Assembly (NCBI GenBank): GCA_001929475.1
Contig: LXFE01000138.1
Coordinates: 1 to 56,455 of the forward strand
From: Neolecta irregularis DAH-3
Taxonomy: Eukaryota
Length of the DNA: 56,455 nt
Direction: 5' to 3'
The position numbers were made by a program, and so were the translations under genes. Shown piece by piece: positions 24,492-36,670 of this stretch. Each line of letters starts with the position of its first letter. The first letter of the stretch is position 1. Below the pieces are notes generated by a model. It worked only from the letters and a program-made list of their open reading frames with translations. It was not told the DNA's origin and ran no database searches.

Positions 24492-26102
24492 TCAATATTC
24501 CATTGCCCGGTCCAGAATATCCTCTAGCTCTCTTCTTCCTGTATCCATGGGTGCTAACGACAGGACTCTCTGCTGAGGAAGAGTACCTTCAACAAGCGCT
24601 GGGATATCACTCTTACTATATCCCAAATCCTTCAACCCTCGAGGCTGATTACCCAATCTGATAAGAAACGTTGCAATAGCCTCGCTGAGAACTTCTCCTG
24701 CAGATTCATGTTTCAGGTTGGATGTGTCTACACCGAATACACGAGCTGCTTCGAGGTGACGACCGGGATCTGAAGCACCTGTAAATGCAAAAACTGATGG
24801 GGCTGTTACAGCAACACTAGATTGTTAGCTCTTAACAGATTTGTAAACCACCTAACGCCATGTGGGATGATTGGATAATTGACGTTATAACCTGCATGTC
24901 GATACCTTTGGTTCAACCCAGAGATAGCATAGCTACAAGCGTGAGGAATAGTCACGCCGGCATTTCCGAATCCAATTCCCGCAAAAGTTGCTGCAAGTCT
25001 ATAAATCAGAAAATGTAATTATAGTGAAACACACAGCATTTGCTCCTGAGCAACATGGTCTTGTGAGTCTTTTACTACTCTAGGTAAAAACTCGACAGCC
25101 ATTTTTAATGCTTTCATTGACCAAATATCGCTGATTGGGTTTGAACCCTGGTACGCTGGACGTAATATTGGGTTCTCAGGACGAGGAGTGCGTTGTTTGT
25201 AAGGGAGAGCTGTAAATGATTCAAGAGCATGACAGAGAACATCTAGACCGCTTGATGTGTGCACAGCTGATGACATTGTTCTCGTATTTAGCGGGTCAAC
25301 AAGCCCGAGAATGGGTTTCAATGCACGGGAGGAAATTCCGGTTTTGGCTTTATGTGTTGAAAGATCAAAAATTGCGGTTCCTAGTCTATCAATTTGATGG
25401 ACTGGAAATGGTACCTGTTGTTTCGCTACCTGTGCCTGCGGTCGTTGGTATACTAAACAGATGAGTGAGAGAAGTGTTATATAATACGCAATTAGAGGTT
25501 TTAAAGGGTTTGTGATAGCAAGACCTTTCCCAATTGGGGCATTAACGAAATCGAGCAAGAGCGCATCTGGGTAACAAGAAAATAAATTTGCAACTTTGGC
25601 AGTGTCGATTGCGGATCCGCCTCCTACTGCTAGAAAGGAATCCACGCCACTATTCCTTGCAAACTCGATAGCCTGATTCATTCTAGGGTCAGATGCGGGA
25701 AGACATTGTGTTTACGAGTAATCTTTTGGTTCGATGCGGACATTGTCAAAGATCTCGTACAAAACACTATAATTCTCAAGGGAGGAGATTGCAGTCTTCA
25801 TAGGAGGTAATTTGGCGACAGTCTTGTCACTAGTGAGTGAACAAAGTTTCCGCAGAGGTTTCTACGTGATGACGCCTACTTTTTTTACGCCGAGGTTTTT
25901 AAAGTCCATTCCGACTTCGTGGGTTACGCCATTGCCATATCGTATGGAGCTTGCAGTCCATTCAAAAGCGTATTCTTTTATATTTATGGGAGTGGAATAG
26001 CTCATTTGGAGCGGATTTGCATGGCACAGACATGTTGAATCGTGCGAAGCAAAGAGGGAAAGCAGCGACTGGGCTCGGGTGCGCGCATTGAGGGCGGCCA
26101 TG
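24492..26102 (-). CDS. Hydroxyacid-oxoacid transhydrogenase (ADHFE1/HOT), iron-containing ADH family
   Basis: KEYAFE, AVGGGSAIDTAK, DFVNAPIGKG, PTTAGTGSETTG, GLDVLCHALES, RPAYQGSNPISD; six introns. Confidence 0.92.
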
Positions 26103-26170
26103 TGCGGGGTGGAGGCACGTGAAAAGAACCCGTTGGTAAAAAGTAGGCAACCTGCTAGATAACCATCACG

Positions 26171-26296
26171 AACTGTAACTTGTTTAACACCAGGAACTGT
26201 AACTTGCCTAGCACCATAAACTGGAACTTTTTTAACAACACCATGAACTGTAATTTGTTGGATAGCACCGTGAGTTGTAACCTGCTGGATACATAT
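26171..26296. repeat. Five degenerate 24-27 bp tandem repeats
   Basis: AACTGTAAC-like cores at 26171, 26195, 26219, 26246 and 26273. Confidence 0.85.
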
Positions 26297-26320
26297 TGTG
26301 AATATGAAATGCAAGGAGGA

Positions 26321-26934
26321 TCACCAATTCCTGTTGCATTCACTGACGAGCACCCTGCACATAGACACAGCATCACAGACCTGGCACATTACTGCAGAAA
26401 TACAGCAAGACATACACTGTGGTCGAATCTGTAGTAGCCAGTCTTGACTGCCTCCTGGCGGAATCCGCACCTTTTGTAGAATTTGATCGCTCTGCCGTCT
26501 GCCGCATCTACTTCGAGCGTGACTGTGCCCAGCAGCCGGCAGGCGCGCAATGCGGCCTGCTGCATCCTGAGAGTCCAAAACTTTTTCTGTGAGCAGCGAA
26601 TGGGCAAAACATGCATTAAGCAGGCGCGAGCCGAGCCCGTGTCCCTGCCATTTCTCCACAATAGCCAGAGTCATGCAATGCCCCGCGAGCCAGCCGCAGC
26701 CGTCATGGACGATTCTGCCCGAGACGCACCCGATGAGCTCCGCGCCGCGCTCGAGAAGGTAGCACAATTGGCCCTCGCAGTACAGAAAACGGGCAAAAAA
26801 GGTGTTTGAGTAGCGCACCGGCAGAATTGCGGCCTGCGAATCAGCAAACTGCAGGATCAAATAGCGACATGCAAAGCAACAACCGCCGGAATGTCTGGCC
26901 GTGCCAATGCTCTGATGGTGATCGCCGTAAACAT
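26321..26934 (-). CDS. GNAT N-acetyltransferase, Naa50/Naa60/RimI-like (may extend to 26155)
   Basis: Three introns give LPVRYS, MTLAIVEKWQGHGLGSRLL, TLEVDAADGRAIKFYKRCGF, GYY. Confidence 0.8.
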
Positions 26935-27041
26935 CAAAGTACAAAAAAACAGTTGCCGACACTCGTTTGAGTGCCCAGACCGCAACTTTGCGACGCCCAC
27001 CTTCCTATCGTGGACACTCCTTCTCACCGCCAGCCCCGCCA

Positions 27042-28428
27042 ATGCGCCTGTTCGCAGAAGACAAGGTAATAAATGGCATTGATGTCGCATATCCGCTAAT
27101 CTCAAGCCGCATTCGGCAGTCACAGACTGGATCTGTATTCTTTGCTCCTCCGCATCTGACCATAGTGCGCCTGGCAGGAGACAACTACTCTGAAGACGAC
27201 CTCTCGGACATATTCGAGCTCTCTGAAGTCGTCTTCCTGCAGGATTCGGGGTATATCTTGTATGGCAGCAAGGACTGATTTGCAGTCCGCGAGAAGCTGC
27301 TCGTGCGCTGCGCAAGAGACTGAAACACGGAAATCTTCATAATCAGCTACGTGCACTCACGGTAAGTAGTCGTTGTGGAAATAGCTGAGGATTCGATCAT
27401 CGATGCACTAGTGCAGAATGGCGACAGACGCTTTCAGCGTATTTTGTTGTGCTGTACCATGCTCAGCCATAGAACAATTCGCAGACGAATCGCTCATCGA
27501 ACGACTGCGGATTATTATCAGCGATCCACTCACAGGCGAGCGAGTCAAGAAGAAGCTCACCACCCTCATTTTAAGCTGGAGAGAGTATGGAAATGGACTC
27601 GGTGCTTTGTATAGCCATATTCCACATCCCGTATATCTATCTACCCAAAGATTGCATTGACGTAAACAGCGCAATAGAGACGAACCCCGCAGCCATCCTC
27701 CCCCACGACCTCCAAAACCCCGCAGCGCCCCACAGAGCCCACAGCCATCAGAAGCCAAACCACGCAACACTCTCAAGAAGGAAAAGCCAAAAAATGGCAA
27801 ATTACTCAGCGAAAAGGTAGTCCAGTCTCCTTTGCTTTACATGCGCTAATTCTAGTCTAAAAATCACATTTTATCCACGATAGCCGCTGCAAATCAGGCA
27901 TCTACACAACTCTCCAATGCGCTTGAATCAGTCAACCGCGATATTATTCCAATAGCTCAGGAACCCACCGTACTCGCACGAGTCAGCGACGCGAGAAAAT
28001 CTCGCAAAGAAATAATCCGACTCATTCAAATTGTTGAAACCGAAGATTTCATAGGAACTTTGATCCATGCCAACGAGGAACTGGTGTCCGCTTTGCAACT
28101 CTTTGAAGTCATGAAGACGCAGGTAGATGATGATTCAGATAGCGATGCCTATGAACGAGACGAAGAACTCGAAGAACGAATACGGAGACGAATTGAGGCT
28201 ATACGTTCCGAAAAACCACCAGAAATGCCACCGAGACCACCTTCTTCAGATACAGAACTGAAAAATGTCAATGGAAAGAAACAGAAGATTCCATCAGATA
28301 TTAGCTTGTCGTCCCTCGTTATCGGAGAGAGACGTTCTCTTAACGATAACGATGATCCTTTCAAGACGCCCGTAAGTGAAGATCAGGAAATTACATGGCA
28401 CGAATTTGCCAGGGAAGAGAAAGCTTAA
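27042..28428 (+). CDS. LSB5: VHS/GAT endocytic adaptor
   Basis: KPHSAVTDWI, GPREAARALRKRLKHGN, QLRALT..DALVQN, and GAT motif FIGTLIHANEELVSAL. Confidence 0.88.
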
Positions 28429-28591
28429 ATTAATGTCCCATTTGTATTATATTGTACAGCGCTGGCATCGCTACTGATCAGTTATTAATTATCAACTCAA
28501 ATCACACATCACGTCATTGTAAACTACGCTATGATATTCGACGCCGAAAATGCTCAAGCCAGCCTTTATATACACAAGAAGCAAAAACATT

Positions 28592-29557
28592 TCAGTCCAT
28601 TTCACCATGCCACCGTCGACCTTTACACCCAGGCTCCTCAGAGAATCGCCACGTATATCCTCTCATCTCTACTTCTTTAATAATATTTTTCTGATTCCGT
28701 TTAAATAATCCCGAAGACTCCAATTTTCTCAATTGTTGCCGTGCTCTTTTAACGGCGGAATCAGTTTCTTCTTGAAATGATGTTCGATCTATAACTTGAG
28801 CTGCATCTTTTGGATTAGGTTTCCGAGATTCTGAAGAAATTCCCCATACTGGATTTCGTCTGAAATCATGGATGGTAGTGGTTGTTTCCGTCAATGAAGA
28901 TGATGTTTGAAGAAGAGGATAAAGCGAACGACTTAGCGCGTACAGCGGTTCTTTTCCCTAAACTCGTTTTAGCAAGAATATTCTCAAGGTACAAGAAACA
29001 ACATCAAATAAATATCAGAAATTTGGGTATATTTTGTAACCATGTAACAAGTCTTCAAGACTAATCGATCAAAAGTTTCTCATCAGAGATAGAAAAAGTA
29101 GACGAGGGGAAAAACTGACCATTGATTTCCAATCTTCTGCCACTTTCCGAAGACGAACGATAGCGACGACTCTTTCGACACTAACGCTAAATTTATTGCT
29201 GACAGACCGAACGTCTTCGCCCGCAAGTATAGCTTCCCAAATTTCCCTCTTCTTATCGTCACTGAGTGGAGTTTTAGGCTTGAAAAAAGGATTTGTAGGG
29301 AATGGTATATCTGTGCCTGAAATATAATTCGTGCCATGATACTCAGGCTGATAGAATTTCTGTCCAGCGGTAGTTAAATAATCCATAGCAGCTTTGTGAT
29401 GTTCATTCAACATCGTCGATGTTGGATGATGTTTGAATCGGGGTGGTGGTGGTACCTCTGGCTCATTCTGAGAACTATTTTGTTTGTCAGGTATAGACAT
29501 GCGGGACATTGTCGAAGCATTGCGGATAAATTGCCGACAAGGAATTCGAACGAGCAT
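28592..29557 (-). CDS. Mitochondrial small-subunit ribosomal protein mS45 (Bot1/Mrps35-like)
   Basis: PFPTNPFFKP..PLSD..KREIW, VRSVSNKFSVSVERVVAIVRL; one 162-nt intron 28958-29119. Confidence 0.8.
29012..29090 (-). ncRNA. Intronic box C/D snoRNA, likely 25S rRNA 2'-O-methylation guide (snR40-like target region)
   Basis: Box C TGATGA (29085-29080) and box D CTGA (29018-29015); guides TATACCCAAATT and TCGATTAGTC are complementary to conserved LSU AAUUUGGGUAUA and GACUAAUCGA. Confidence 0.85.
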
Positions 29558-29943
29558 GGAAGCTTACCCGGGAAAAATTTTTGGTAAAGTGGTGAGCTAT
29601 GAGTCAAGTTACTTTTTGAGCTTTGCGGGTTAATTAGTGGCACCTGCAATATTTATTGTCTAATGATTTCTTCACTTTCAATTGCATTCTTGAAAGACGA
29701 TTAGATTCAATCAGAGATTCAATAAAGTGGATATGGCGGTCATTCTGAAGTTCAAATGCCCAGAAATATATATTAAAAACAGTGACTCCAAATCCTCTCC
29801 AGCCATAAAATCGACTAAAGTCTGAGAAACTAAATCGTTCATTGCAGATTAAATAGAGTCTGAGAAACATGACTTAATCCATCTGCCAGTTAAATAATAT
29901 ATAGCATTAATGATTTCATAAGACTGATCGAGACGATAGAATT

Positions 29944-30538
29944 TCATAGTTCGAGTTTCTTTGTTTGAATTGAAGTTGCAAGGTATTCTGAAATCGCATC
30001 AACCTGACAGTGGTAAGCAGTAGTAAAGACGTCGTGCTATAAACCTTTGATTTCATCATTCCTAAAGCAGCATCTTGGTTTCCGACCAAAGCCACTATCA
30101 GAGATTCAGTCTGACCTTCGCCTTCATCTGCATTCGGAATATCTACTGTCCTTTGAATGAAGATTTTACCATTCTTTGGATCAATTTGAGAGACTTGGAA
30201 AGACTCCTCGTACTTGTAAATCGACGCAAACCCAGTTGAGCTGTTCAGCCTTTTCATCCTTTTGTAAAGCAGCCGACAAAACGCCGGAGACTCCTAATTT
30301 TTGGTAATCATTCCAAATTGAAGAGGCGAGTGCTGCGTAAGTATGACCTTTTCGGGATGAGCTTGGCGCATGGGATAACAAAGATCCGGTCGCTGTGAAA
30401 AGACTAACGCCTCAAAGATTTGTAAAGTAGAAGTTCTACCATGCAAATTCTATTGTTGATGATAAAGGCTGGGATAACAGCGCCAGCAGTGGTTTCGATT
30501 TCAACATCGTTGGGGGAACATTTGAAGCCGCTGTCCAT
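29944..30538 (-). CDS. Roadblock/LAMTOR2-like Ragulator subunit
   Basis: MLKSKPLLALLSQ...CLFTATGSLLS...YAALASSIWNDY...LGMMKSKVDAISEYL; three introns. Confidence 0.75.
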
Positions 30539-31025
30539 TTCAAAACTCCTGATGCTTCAACGTCATTTTTACAAATTCCTTATTTCAGTATCGCTTTCCT
30601 ATATAGTATTTTTGCACCTCTCATTTCTATAAATTGCTAGATTCAGTCCTTCTATGTCATTCAACCATGCTCGTTCTGAAACTCCCTCGGCAACTATTAT
30701 TAGCCGGCCGTACCACTTCTGCCTTTCAGCTCACTATCTTACTTTGCTTTCATTGCTTTCGGTTTGGAGAGTTTGTTGACCATACATAATGTTCCAGTTC
30801 AGGTCATGTTCAGTCATATTCATCTTGCACACCGAACCCGCCAAGAGAAATTTGCTGACTGAGCGATATGATTTTCAATGAATACTATTTAATTATCTAC
30901 TTTTATTTGCGATTGAGGTGAGGTAATAGCCTCTGACGTATATTTAACCTGACCAAAAGATGAGGCTGGCCGGCTTGTACGTTTTCCTTAATAACCATTT
31001 TGCACTTTATACAATTCTTTGAACA

Positions 31026-32178
31026 ATGACCCAGACCGACATCACGACTTACAAACTGAATCATACTATGATCAGGATCAAAGAACCTAAGCGATCACTG
31101 GACTTCTACCAAGATAAGCTTGGTATGAAACTCATTGGTCAGAAGGCCTTCAACGAGTCAAAGTTCTCCTTGTACTTCCTAGGCTATGACCAATTCGGTG
31201 CTGTCAATCAAGGAAATTCGCTGTGGGATAGAGAGGGAATTTTGGAATTGGTCGTCTTGATGTTGGTTACCTCATATTAATTGATAGACGCACAATCACG
31301 GTTCAGAGAACGACGATGAATTCCATGTGCATTCCGGCAACAGTGAACCAAAGGGATTTGGCCACATTTGTATCTCAGTTGATAATATCACTGCTGCGTG
31401 TGCAAAACTCGAGAATGCAGATGTGAAGGTACGTCATCAGTCTGTTTGTATTTTAACGTTTGGCAGTTCCAGAAGAAGCTTGATGTATTGTGTTTTTGTA
31501 ACTGAGTTGACACCATAAGGATGGTCGACAAAGGGATATCGCTTTTGCACTTGACCCTGATGGATATTGGGTTGAAGTATGCCATGAAATATAGAGGCGA
31601 ATTCCACTGATCAAGTCACAGCTCATTGAGAGATCCATGACTAACGAAGCTCGACATGCGAAGAAAACGGATCTTCAATCATATCGCTTCAATCATACAA
31701 TGATCCGAATCAAAGATCCGAAAGTGTCACTTCCGTATACGTGCTTGCTTCCAATGCTGATATTTTCAGATTCTACCAAAATGTGATGGGAATGATTTTG
31801 CTCCGCACTAGTGAACATGCAAACGCAAAGTTTACGCTATATTTCTTGGGATATACCCAAAACAAAAAGGCTTCTGCCACGGAATATGAAGCCAAGCTGC
31901 TATGCAGCGAGTACGAAGGACTGCTAGAACTGACTTGGAACTGGGGAACTGAAACAGACACAAAGTTTGAAGGATATAATAATGGAAATTCAGAACCAAA
32001 AGGTTTTGGACATTTAGCAGTCGCAGTTGATGAAGTTGAAGCGGCGTGTGAGAGATTTGAGGAAAAAGGCGTTCATTTCATAAAGAAACCTCGAGATGGA
32101 AAGATGAAGAACATCGCATTCATCAAGGATCCAGATTCCTATTGGATTGAAATTGTTCCAAAGAACCTACAACTCTAG
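31026..32178 (+). CDS. GLO1: Glyoxalase I (two-domain)
   Basis: Twice NHTMIRIK.P, LELT.N, GFGH, DPD.YW.E; five introns. Confidence 0.96.
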
Positions 32179-32339
32179 GGATGTTTAGGACTGGAAAATA
32201 GAGCAATTTTTGTATGTTTGCCTTTTAGTATTATGTTCAAATCTTTCGATTATGTTTCAAATTTATGATCGAATAGAGTATGTGCTTTAAATGCAAGAAA
32301 ACGTAATAGAGTATTTATTTAAATAATTATCGGCTGGTT

Positions 32340-35300
32340 TTACCTTCGTCGGCCTCGTCCATGATCACTGCCGTTTCGCGGAGTACTGGCTCCACTAGGA
32401 GTAGCGGTGGCTTTTACAATGAGTCCTCGAGCATCTTCAATTCCGTCTTTGCTACCTCTGATAACGATAACGTCATCGCCAATTCTTTTTGGTACATCGA
32501 TGGCGCAACCAGTCTCAGCCCTGATCGAATTAATGCGAGAGCCCCCAGGTCCAATGATGTATCTATGTTTGATCGTAGGAATGCTAAGATAACCAATGTG
32601 GGTTTGCTTTTTCTACGAAATGTTAGCTCAAGTACGAAGAAGGTTTGTGGGTTTACAGCTTGTTCAAGAAGTTCGCGAATAAAAACATTTGCCTTATCAA
32701 TATTTGTCTTCTCGCCCTTGAGATTCCAGGGAATATCCTGTCCAGCTGGGGTTTCCTCTCGTTCAATAACATCCCACGGATATGAATTTTCATCGGTCTC
32801 ATTATCATTGTCAATTTTAGCAGCAGATCCATTGGAACGAGGTTTTAGATGTTCAGATAGCGCTGGAAGAGAATGGCCAGAATGATCAACCGTTACCTTA
32901 TAATCCAAACGCAGTTTGCGGATTGTGGAACCATTATCAGCGAGAATCCGATGAAATTGCTCAGGAACCATTAGGCAATTCACGCTTTGTTTTTTGATCA
33001 AGTTCTAACAGTGAGCATGTTTTATTCAAAAACCCCCACAGCAATGGCTTCTTTGGCTTTCGCAACAGCATCGCTCATCCCACTTATTTTAACGATTCCG
33101 TCCTGGGAGGCATCCTTTGAAATTCTTGAAATATCAAGCTGAACTCGATATTTCGATTCTAAATCCCGACGAACAGAGCCTCCACGTCCGATAATTAAGC
33201 TTACTTGATCGGCTGGGACTGATATAGTTTCTGTGACTCGACACTTTAGATCATTCACAATTCGATTGAACTCTTTCATGACTTTCTCAATAATTACCTT
33301 GTCTCCACGAAGCTCGACAAGATCCGAGTTGGTACCAGGTCGCGGAAACCTAACCATCCGTGTGAGCATGAATGGATCACCCTCTACACCAGCTTCGATC
33401 AAAATACTACGGACCGTAGATCCTGAATGAATTAGACAAGATTGGGTTTAAATGAAAGACCTCCGGGACCGATGAGATTTCGGTGGTATTGCGAATCGAT
33501 ATACATGATTTTCTCGACTTCTCGTTCGACTTCCCCAGAGACCTCCAAGATAGCTGCTTTAGCCTTGGAAACTCCAGATTTTGTTCCAAATATCTGAATG
33601 GTTGTAGTGGCTGTATCACCTTTGTCTTCAGCCCGTTCGATTTCAATACGAGTGGCAGTCTCAAGTTTTAGATCGTTGATCGTATTTCCGCCTTTTCCTA
33701 CGATTCGAGAAATGGCTTTCGATGGAACCGTGATCACCGCACTGTGTCCGTGTTCGGCTTCATAGTTAAGCAGATCACGCAATTCATCTTCTGCAGATAA
33801 TACACCCTTCTTACCGCCTTTGATGACCACTTCATCGCTAGCAGAAGGACGATCGGTGCCATCGCCAAGAGCTTCGCCTGTCCGTGGAAAATTAATCCGA
33901 ACAGCATATTTCTCCTCAAGTCGTTTTACGAGATGTCCATTTTTGCCTACGTTATCAGCCAAAGCATAACAGAGATATATTGACCAATCAACGCACTATG
34001 ATGCTCAATAGGTACTTTCAAACGCCTAACAGTTTCATCTTTCAGTCGTTCGACAAGTGACTCAATACGACGTCGCGCTTCTTCAACATTCTTTTTAATA
34101 CCTTGAATCTCTATTTTCCCTTCTCCACATTTAATGTTAACGCCGAGTTCCTCCCTATACTTTGTGATATTGGCATCACCTTTTCCTCTAAGATTCTTTT
34201 TATACTTTTGAGGAAATTCGAAAGTGTCTGTGTACGAGTTCATAACATCGTGATGTTTGAGTTCCTCAACGTACTTTCGCATTTCTCTGATTACTCGCTC
34301 GACTTCTTCGGATGGACCGTGTACAATGATTGTATCATCGTCGCAATCATCTATGGGTTTCCTGTTTCGTTTGTTTAGTTGTTTGCCAAACGTCACTCGA
34401 ACGCGAGATTCAGACCCGCCTGTAAAGGTGTTGAGTGTGGTGCCATTGGGCCCAAAGATGGATTTGTGATATTTTACGGGAACTGTATAACGTTGCCTGA
34501 CAAGATTTGCAGCTTCGCTGGTGATTTTCTGTAACAGTTCTTTGACAGTATTGAGTGCCCGCGTGATCTCAGCTACACTTGGAAGTTGTTCTCCTGGTTT
34601 TCCGACATAGACAAGACAAACCTCTGAGTCAGATTCATCTTCAGTTGCAAGCATGATTTCGACGAAATTTTCTTTGTTCATCTTTTGCAAATTCCTGCCA
34701 TTCCGCCCAACTATGTGGCGATGAAGAAGCGAGTCAATATCGATATATGCAAATCGATGAGGAGAATAATCTTTAACGAGATCACGTAGAATAACCCGAA
34801 CTTTGTCGACATTCTGTTTGACCTTTCCAGATATTTCCCAGACACAATCTTTGATATTTTCATCTTCCAAATCGGAAATTCGAGGAAAGTGAATGGAAAC
34901 CTGATGTTCAGTCTCGAGTCGATGAAACTCTTTCATTCGGAGGAAATATCTGGTGAGATCCCGCGAATGCCGTGCAGGGTTATCGGTGCGAGACTTGTGT
35001 GCTGGAAGAATATCGAGTGTGGTCATTGAGACAGAGTTTGCTTTGTCCATCACCATGCTGATGCCCATACCGACTTTTGCTGGCGGTCCACGGACGAAAA
35101 TCTCGTCGCTGAGAGAACCAGCAGGCGGAACTATGACAGAGCAATCGCTCTCGGCCAGTATCTCTTGGATTGAATTTCCTTTTTCGCCGACAATAAATTT
35201 ATGTTGAGGTTTGGGTACGTGGATTTGTGCCGAGATTGTTGTTGTTTTGAGATCACTATAGATATTCTCAATAATCTCGCGGGCTTGTTTCACCTGATCT

Positions 35301-36369
35301 TTATCGCCACTAATCGCAATTGAGGTGGGACTCTGTCCATCCTCGGCCATTGTCGATACCGGGATGTGAATTTTGAGATCCCAATCCTTTTCCCATTTCT
35401 GCACATTGATACGGTGTGGACCGGCGATCAAGTTGTAGAACTCAGGAGCAACTGTAGTGAATTTGATTGATGTGTGTGAAGTCTGCAAGGTAAGGGACAT
35501 TTTAATATTAGCAAGGCACCTTATCGTTCACGATTGCATCTATTTCAGCCTTGGCAATCGCAACGCCTTCAAAATCCCCTTCTACAGTAATACCAACCGA
35601 AGGCTCTTCTGCAATTTCATCAAACTCGTTTCCAGGTTCCGAGGACAGAGTTGAAGAATTAGTGTCGTCTCGCTTTGGGGTTTGAATCTTGGCGGCAGAT
35701 CGCTCTTCTATGCCCTTTAGGGTTTTTCCTTTGGCTCCAATTATGTGTGGTAGAACACTTCTAGGAATATTAACCGTCAATGATTGCTATATAATAAGAC
35801 AAGCAAAGAGAATAGCGGTGATCTACCCGAAGAGCCAATTCTTTCATGATGTATCGTCGAGATCGTTGTACATTTTCTGGTTTGCCCTTGATTATGAACG
35901 TGATTGCGCCGCTCCTACTAGTGGAGACGTCTATCTGTGTTTGGTTGGCTAACATGGTTTGACGGATGATGTCGCCGATCCCATTTTTGGTGCCGAATTC
36001 CTTTCGGGGCTGCTGCTGAGAAGATTCCAGAAAAAGGTGTGTGATGGAAATGTTGGGTTTTGCCTTGTGAGGGACGGCCTGAGGGGTGATATGGGTCTTT
36101 GACGGTTGCGCCTGTTGGGCGGGCTTTCCAGCACCCCAGCTGGCATTTGCCTTTAACGCTGAAGGAGCACCAAGAGAGGGAAAGCTGTCTTCGGACAAAA
36201 TATCCATATCACGTGCCCCTGCGCTACTGGTCGCAGAGTGCATCTGGTCTTCGTTTGCGTCCAGTCGGCCATTGGCGGCTTCAGCGTCAGATCTGACGAC
36301 GTGGTCTGGGACACCGGAGAAATTATCGTCCGGTGTCTCGCTCAGGATAGACTCAATTTGAGCTGACAT
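32340..36369 (-). CDS. SCP160: Vigilin, multi-KH RNA-binding protein
   Basis: Many KH GxxG motifs (IIGAKGKT, IVGEKG, IVGRNG, IVGKGG, IIGRGG); N-terminal FPSLG; six introns. Confidence 0.92.
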
Positions 36370-36670
36370 AATTGCAGAAGGGATATGGCGTGCGAGAGGG
36401 ACAGGTCAGGGTGATGGAAGCCAGAGGAAACACCGAGGAGGTCTTGCCCACTCTTTTTGGTGGAGCGGCGAGAGGTTGCGGGTTCAAGACCCGGCAGCGG
36501 CGTGCTTTTGGCGGCGCATACAAAATCTGGGCGTGTTGACTGTCCAACCACCTTGCGCCGCCTCGATGCCGCTGTGAGTACGCGCCTCCTCCATCTAGCA
36601 GCTGCCTATCCTCCATTCTGCATCGCGTCTGTAGTGCTGTTTAAGTGCTGCGTCTGTGCATATATCCCAC

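Noticed and set aside
26171-26296. CRISPR-like array
   Set aside because: Eukaryotic context, degenerate head-to-tail units, no unique spacers and no cas genes.
36478-36496. tRNA gene (GGTTCAAGACC B-box-like T-arm)
   Set aside because: No acceptor stem, D-arm or anticodon arm can be folded.
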